Positions 57,556 through 64,000 of a stretch of 64,000 nt of DNA are shown here, piece after piece. This DNA comes from Octopus sinensis (taxonomy: Eukaryota), in the NCBI RefSeq assembly GCF_006345805.1, contig NC_042998.1:62001-126000 (forward strand), written 5' to 3'. Position numbers and translations under genes: made by a program. The notes under the pieces were generated by a model that was not told the origin of the DNA, did no database searches, and worked only from the letters and a program-made list of their open reading frames with translations. Each line of letters opens with the position of its first letter. Position 1 is the first letter of the stretch.

Positions 57556-57775
57556 CAAGCTGGCGGAATTGTTAGCATGCAAAACAAAATAAAATGCTGA
57601 GTGGAATTTCTTCTGATTTTTGTATCTGAGTTCAAATTCCGTTAAGGTCGATTTGTTTTTTATCCTTTTGGGGTCAATCAAATAAGTATAATTTGATTAC
57701 TGAGGTTAACGTAACCATCTAGCCACTCCCCACAACGTTTCAGGTTTTGTTCCTATAGTAGAAAGGATATTCGTT
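57556..57775 (+). mobile_element. Family M SINE
   Basis: 'agctggcggaattgttagc..ctgagttcaaattcc..tatccttttggggtc..ttcaggttttgttcctatagtagaaagg'. Confidence 0.75.
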
Positions 57776-57964
57776 CTGTACTGAATTACACAGACATACT
57801 GTCAGAAATTCAGTAAATCAGTAACTGCTTCGTTGGAAAACCATAGCCAACAACGTTATTGTTTACTTATTGCAATATAAAATAAATATCTTCTCCATCC
57901 AAGCTGAAAGGTGTTCAGTTTGAAGTTACCTGCAAAATCTGCTTGTATCTAAAACGTTGTTAGC

Positions 57965-58171
57965 TTAATCCCTTAGCATTCAGATTACTCTGTCAAATAT
58001 AATATGTATTTATTCACAGTTTTTGTAATTAATCATGCATTATCTCTTAGCTTTGAAATTTTTAGAATGACATTGTAGGATAGGTGTAAGAGGCTGGATC
58101 TGGCCAGATTGAAAATAAATCAAGTTGAATATGTGCACCTGATATGATCGGTTTAAATGCTCAAGTGTTAA
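57965..58171. mobile_element. Possible TTAA-flanked (piggyBac-type) MITE
   Basis: TTAA-TCCCTTAGCATT ... AATGCTCAAGTG-TTAA imperfect TIRs. A partial reverse copy lies at ~30300-30420. Confidence 0.4.
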
Positions 58172-58659
58172 AACTAATCTGTGATTATCTGAAAAGACTG
58201 CATGTCTGTAGTTCCTTAACATTTTTTAATCATTGCATTGGATGCTTTTAGAACTTGATATTTAGTTATAAAGATCACGGTGAGTAGGACTTCATGTCTG
58301 TGTTTAAAACAAACAAAAACTGTTTAAACCCATAAATTCACACCTTGTCTTGCTCTCGTTTCAGTAATTAAGAAGCTGCTCCATCGGATATTCGAAGAAA
58401 ACAAATTTCTACTTCAAAGTCTGATAATTGCCTTATCACAGGATTTTCACCTGCAGTTTGTGGTACGTCATTGTACTATTTAAGAGTGATAAGGTGTGCT
58501 ACAAAATTAGTCAGCTTTACTGACTTGAGGGTATAATTTTTTTCAGCTAAAGTATATAGTTGCTTGGATCAATTCCAAGACATACAGGGTGCTTTCACAT
58601 CTTCAGATCTTCAGCAGTAGGTGAATGCAGAAAGAAAATAGACGGAACTAAATTTTGGT

Positions 58660-58830
58660 TTCAAATTTTGGTACAAGGCCAGCAAATATGGGCAAGAGGG
58701 TGTGTTGATTACATCAACCCCCAGTGCTTAATTGGTACTTATTTTATTGACCCCAAAATGGTGAACAGCAAAGTTGACCTCAGCGGAATTTGAACTCAAA
58801 ATATAACTAAATATCAAGAATCATTTTTAG
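58660..58830 (-). mobile_element. Family M SINE
   Basis: 'ttttattgacccc...agttgacctcagcggaatttgaactc' is the reverse complement of the family M body. Confidence 0.75.
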
Positions 58831-59305
58831 TCTGGTGTTTCACAGTTTGTGCTATTTTTTTGGTGTATATTGATTTCTTGTATGAGGCATGTAGTCAACT
58901 TAATAAGACTCATGTATCTGGTAACATACTTTATCAACTTAAATAATGAAATAGAAATTCTAGCTCTGATGAATTTAAATGGTTATAAGTGAATATTGAA
59001 TTCCCACATCACCATTAGGTCATGACTTTTGGTGAGAGAATAGTCAACATATATCTTAGTACTTACTGGTGTTGTATTTTATCAATACCCAAAAGGCTAA
59101 AAGGCCAAGTTGATCTCGGAGATATTTAAACTCAGTATGTTGTGCCATTGTTTCTACTGCTTGAATTGTTCTCCATCTTCCCTAAATATTTTATTGATGG
59201 AATGACAATAAACTTTTAATTTCTTCAAGAAAGAAGTATATTTCATTCAAACAATCTTTTCTTTTATGGCTACAAAAGTAATATTTAAGGCAAATGCTAT
59301 CAATA

Positions 59306-59470
59306 GGTGCACAGGTGTGAATTTGTGGTAAGAAGTTTTCTTCCCGACAGCATGTTTTCTGGTTCAGTCCCACTGTGTGACACCATGGTCAAGTGTCTTT
59401 TACTTTACCTCTGGACTGACTAAAGCCTTCTGAGTGGATTAGTTACATAGAAACTGAAAGAAGCCCATTG
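59306..59470 (+). mobile_element. Family C SINE, 5' half
   Basis: 'tgtggtaagaag..ggttcagtcccactg..caagtgtctt..aaagcctt..gagtggatt..gaaactgaaagaagccc'. Confidence 0.75.
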
Positions 59471-61093
59471 TGTGTTTGCATATATATACATTTCTTGTAT
59501 GCTGAAATTAATATTACAAGAAGGTTGCAAAACAGATGTAATCCTATGGAAGACAGGTGGTTAAATAAATTTATATTCACTTCTCATACTTCGTGAATTA
59601 ATGCTTATGAAAAGAAGGTTGACAACAGGAGGGGCATCAGGCTGTAAGAAATTTGCTTCAACAAATTCCATTTGACCCATGTAAGCAAGGAAAAATGATT
59701 GTTATTATTATTATTATTGTTTTTATTATTATTATTATTATTATTATTAGATGATGATTATGATGATGGTGATGACGATGGTGATGGTGAGGGTGGTGAT
59801 GACGATGATGAGGGATTCAGTTCCATTCTTCCCATAACATTTCTGCTGTTGGAGCGTCTGAATATTTGTTCTTTCCCTTGTCTTTTACACATCTCTCAGT
59901 TCTGGGCTTTATGTGTTTCATCTGTTGTGTATGGAATTAAATATCGATATAAATTATATTCAAATATTTTACTGGGCTTGGTAATTCCCATGGCACTCAC
60001 TTCCTTCTCAGGATAGGAATGCACTGAGTTTCAAGGAGCTTGTTTTCTACTGACAGTAGTGCTTTTGTTTAAAATCCTGCTGAATACCTCAACATCCTCC
60101 TTAGTAGGCTAGTCCAGTAAAGTGTACACATTCATTTTTTGAAATAGTAAGGTGTGATTTAAGGGAGGTTTAGTTGCTATTTCACCCCACTGCATCATTG
60201 GTGACCTCTCCACTCCTTATCCATAATTTACTGTGATCAACCCTATCCAATTTTTACAGTTGTCACCTACTCTTCCCTATGCCCTACTTATCAATTCTAC
60301 TCAACAGTTGTTCTCCATTCATTATTTTAATCTCTCTTCACCTACTCTACATGACTCTCACAACCTCTACCTACCCATACTCTTGACTCTTCTGCACCTT
60401 TTCACTTCCACTCACCTCATAACTTGAGAGAGTCCATGCACACCACTCTTTTAGCAGTTCAGAAAAGAGACTGACAAAATAGGTACTAGTCTAAAAAAAA
60501 CAAAATAAGTATTGGGATTGATTCCTTCTACTAAAATTCCTCAAAGTGGTGCCCCAGTATGGCCACAGTGTAATGACTGAAGCAAACAAGAGATAAAAGA
60601 TAAATTATATTTTACAACTAAGATACAGTGGATCTTTGAGCATTGAAAATTTTATATCAGAGACACCACACAACATTGGAAATCATTTATAAACCATCAA
60701 TTCTTCTTGTAGATTGACATCCCATCACCATTTTGGTTGGAAACAGGAAAAAACATGGATACTGAATTGTTACATTCTCTACTTTTGATATGCTGTTGGA
60801 TTTGACAGTTTTATTCTGCCATATGTACTGCACAGTATTTCTGACTAGGTCCCTAAACTTTCTCTGACACAGTCCACTAAGTTGTAAATAGGTACCATGT
60901 ATTTTTGGTATAATTCATCACTCTAAATCAGGAGTTGGCAAACTTATATCACTTACCTCTTCATGTAAATTTTGAAAATAAAATTAATAAGTGTAACTAC
61001 TTTAAAAATTCTTGATTTAAAAACATTAATTCCTTCATTCTTTTGTGCTATTATTGCTTTTAAATAAGAAATTTTTTAAAGAATATGTAAATA

Positions 61094-61270
61094 GGTGCAA
61101 ATGTGGCTGTATGGTAAGAAGTTTGCTTCCCAACCACATGGTTCTGGGTTCAGTCCTGGTGTGTGGCATCTTGGGCAAGTGTCTTCTACTATAGCCATGG
61201 GCTGACCAAAGCCTTGTGAGTGGATTTGGTAGATGGAAACTAAAAGAAGCCTATCATATATATGTATATG

Positions 61271-61317
<47 letters not shown>

Positions 61318-61566
61318 TTATATATATAAATATATATATCTTAATGTGAGTGTATTTGTCTGTGTTTGTCCTCCACCACCCCTTAACAACTGGTATTGGT
61401 GTGTTTATGTCTCTGTAACTTAGTGGTTTGGCAAAAGAGACCAATACAATAAGTACCAGGCTTAAAAAGAAAATAAGCATGGGGGTTGATTAGTTTGAAG
61501 AAAATTTCTTAAGGTGGTGCCCCAGCATGACCACAGACTAATGGCTGAAACGAGTAAAGGAAAAGA
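61094..61566 (+). mobile_element. Full-length family C SINE with internal (TA)n
   Basis: Head, CORE-like motif, internal microsatellite (61255-61340), 3' half and tail 'gagtaaaggaaaaga'. Serves as an uninterrupted reference copy. Confidence 0.85.
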
Positions 61567-62110
61567 CAAAAAAAAGATGAATACTTAATGAAATTAATAA
61601 AGAACAATAAAAATCAATCATATTGCATTGATATAGTTGGGCTTTCAACACATAGGATAGCCACATAACCTCCCCCCACTCCCACAGGGGTCAATATTGA
61701 CCAATTTGCTGAGTCCTGCTCCAAACACTACTGCATAATTGGTGAGTTTTTCATTAACTTGCCATCTAGACATCAAACCAAGAGATGCCAAAAGCTGATC
61801 TTCTGACTGAATCAAGGAACCTGTCCCACAGATTTTTTCCTATTTCTGATACAATCTGCATCTTACCTCTCCAAACAGAAGAACCAATTTTTTTTGTTGG
61901 TGATGAGCAGAACTTGAACTCAGAATGCACAGATCCAGAACTGATATTTCAATCCCACTAATCCATTGCCCTGAACTAGCACTTTCTTGAACAAACTGGC
62001 TTTGGTGAAATTTGAGCTCAGAGCACTTAGAGTCAAAACAAAGCATTCTGTCCAAAACTCTAAAGAATTTGTGAACCCACCGCCTTTAGGCAGAGGAACT
62101 ATGTAAAATA

Positions 62111-62665
62111 TTTTTGAGGTAGAGGTATCATTCAATTAATTCATGAGGCAGAGGCACCATTTAATTAAATCTTGAGGCAGAAGTACCATTCAGTCCTTGA
62201 AATAGAGACACCATTCAAATAAATTCTTGAGGCAGAGGTACTACAACTCAATTCTTGAAGTAGAGATACCATTCACTTAATTCTTGAAGAAGAGGTACCA
62301 TTCAGTTCTTGAGATAGAGGTACCTTTCAATTAATTCTTGATGAAGAGGTATCATTCAATAAATTCTTGAGGCAGAAGTACCACTTGGTTCTTGAGGCAG
62401 AAGTACCATTCAATTAATTCTTGAGGCAGAGGTACCACTCAGTTAGTTCTTGATGCAGAGGTACCATTCAATTCTTGAAGCAGTGGTACATTCAATTAAT
62501 TCTTGGAGGCAGACGTACTACCCAATTAATTCTTGAGGCAGAGGTACCACTCAATTAATTCTCAAGGCAGAAAACATACCATTCAACAATTTTTGAAGAA
62601 GTATCATTCAATAAATTCTTGAAGTAGGGGTATATGATTCAATAAATTCTTAAGGCAAAGGTACT
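62111..62665. repeat. Minisatellite, unit TTCTTGAGGCAGAGGTACCATTCAATTAA (29 bp, with 25-bp variants)
   Basis: About 19-20 diverged tandem units. Confidence 0.9.
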
Positions 62666-63026
62666 ATAAAATTTATTCGTCTCCGCCTACCACAAGAGAT
62701 TCATAGGCAGGAACATAGAGTACTCACTCTCCTCTTGCAACACTTTCAACAATGTAAACCAGTGGAATATAAGAACTGCTAAATGTAAGAAATGCAGTCT
62801 TCCTGATTCACTTATAATATAATTCCTACTACAAAGTATTTAAATTTTAGTGAAACATCATATCTGAGTGTCTGAGTGTTAACAAAATTGGCAATGGCAA
62901 CTTGCCTTATTTTTTATAATGAATGCGTTGTATATATACACGTGTATGTGTGTGTATGCCTCTCACTCACTCTCTCTCTCTTTATACACACACACATCTA
63001 TCTATATATATACATAAAACTTATAA

Positions 63027-63094
<68 letters not shown>

Positions 63095-63099
<5 letters not shown>

Positions 63100-63355
63100 T
63101 GAAAACGGTAAGATAACAAAAGAAAGAAAGAGACCTCAATATTATGTAAATAGAGGAAATTTATCTATACAATAATATGTTACGTTACTTGATAGTCAAG
63201 ATAAAACTCTGAGTTTCAGATGCCGAAGTGGAAATCCACAACACCATCTCTTCGGTTATCTGGCTATTTCAGATAACTGAAGAGATGTCGTGGATTCCCA
63301 CTTCGGCATCTGAAACTCAGAGTTTTATCTTGACTATCGAGTAATGTAACATATT

Positions 63356-63358
<3 letters not shown>
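63095..63358. mobile_element. Non-coding palindromic derivative of the Penelope-like element 3' end
   Basis: 63095-63262 is the reverse complement of PLE ~28099-28260. Arms 63171-63262/63270-63358 surround a 7-nt loop GCTATTT. Flanked by (TA)n. Confidence 0.85.
63271..63330 (+). ncRNA. Type I hammerhead fold with canonical CTGAAGA core
   Basis: Stem I AGATAA/TTATCT; CTGAAGA 63277-63283; stem II GATGTCG/CGGCATC plus an extra T; GAAAC 63312-63316; stem III ACTCAGAGT; GTT site. Confidence 0.65.
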
Positions 63359-63402
<44 letters not shown>

Positions 63403-63484
63403 CTTATTAAATCGTCATTTTCCTTTTCCACATTTCCTTTTACATTGTAAAATGAAATGTGGAAATTGATGATTTAATGTCTGT

Positions 63485-63613
63485 TCTCAGCATATTGGCA
63501 TGGAAATAATTTTTCTTTTGCCTTTGTTTATAAGTTGTTTATAATTTTAACCTTTAAAGGTATTTTAATATGCTACCACTTTTGATGAAATTTTTTTCTG
63601 AAAAACATTTTAT

Positions 63614-63654
<41 letters not shown>

Positions 63655-63819
63655 AAATTAATTTAGGGTAGAAATTGATATTTATCAATTAGACTGTCCA
63701 CTTTTCGTGTTCAGTCCTTAATTGGTATATATAAATATTTTAATCTTCAGATTTTTTTAATATGCTAGACCACTGGTTCTAATTGATAAATATCAATTTC
63801 TACCCTAAATTAATTTTAT

Positions 63820-63871
<52 letters not shown>

Positions 63872-64000
63872 ATAAAATGTTTTTCAGAAAAAAATTTCAT
63901 CAAAAGTGGTAGCATATTAAAATACCTTTAAAGGTTAAAATTATAAACAACTTATAAACAAAGGCAAAAGAAAAATTATTTCCATGCCAATATGCTGAGA
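63485..64000. repeat. Long inverted repeat (arms 63485-63693 and 63778-64000+, 84-bp spacer)
   Basis: The last ~220 bp of the window are the reverse complement of 63485-63693, differing mainly in (TA)n length. Continues past the window end. Confidence 0.9.

Noticed and set aside
62111-62665. CRISPR array
   Set aside because: Units are contiguous with no unique spacers, there are no cas genes, and the context is eukaryotic.
63694-63777. Hammerhead in the inverted-repeat spacer (CTGAAGA on minus strand at 63744-63750, GAAA downstream)
   Set aside because: No stem II pairing next to the core elements and no stem I or III.

Overview
AT-rich, microsatellite-dense eukaryotic DNA made almost entirely of transposable elements and simple repeats. 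No intact host protein-coding gene could be supported. The SINE families and repeat load look cephalopod (octopus)-like; this is an inference to confirm by BLAST. Contents: (i) many tRNA-derived SINEs from at least three families; (ii) four dead R4/Dong-clade RLE non-LTR retrotransposons from two families, all sitting in (TAA)n-type repeats; (iii) a Penelope-like element (RT + GIY-YIG) with a 979-bp inverted pseudo-LTR and hammerhead-ribozyme folds, a short palindromic derivative of it, and a separate canonical type I hammerhead at 2655-2757; (iv) L1/Tx1-like fragments, two decayed mariner transposases and several Helitron-like non-autonomous elements; (v) a ~24.7-kb block (32442-57156) holding ~19 kb of TAA/TAG/TGA triplet satellite with higher-order repeats and polarity inversions, plus two Dong copies. 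The most striking observation is that this whole block splits one SINE into two halves that abut within ~10 nt. Long ORFs inside the satellite are low-complexity artefacts.
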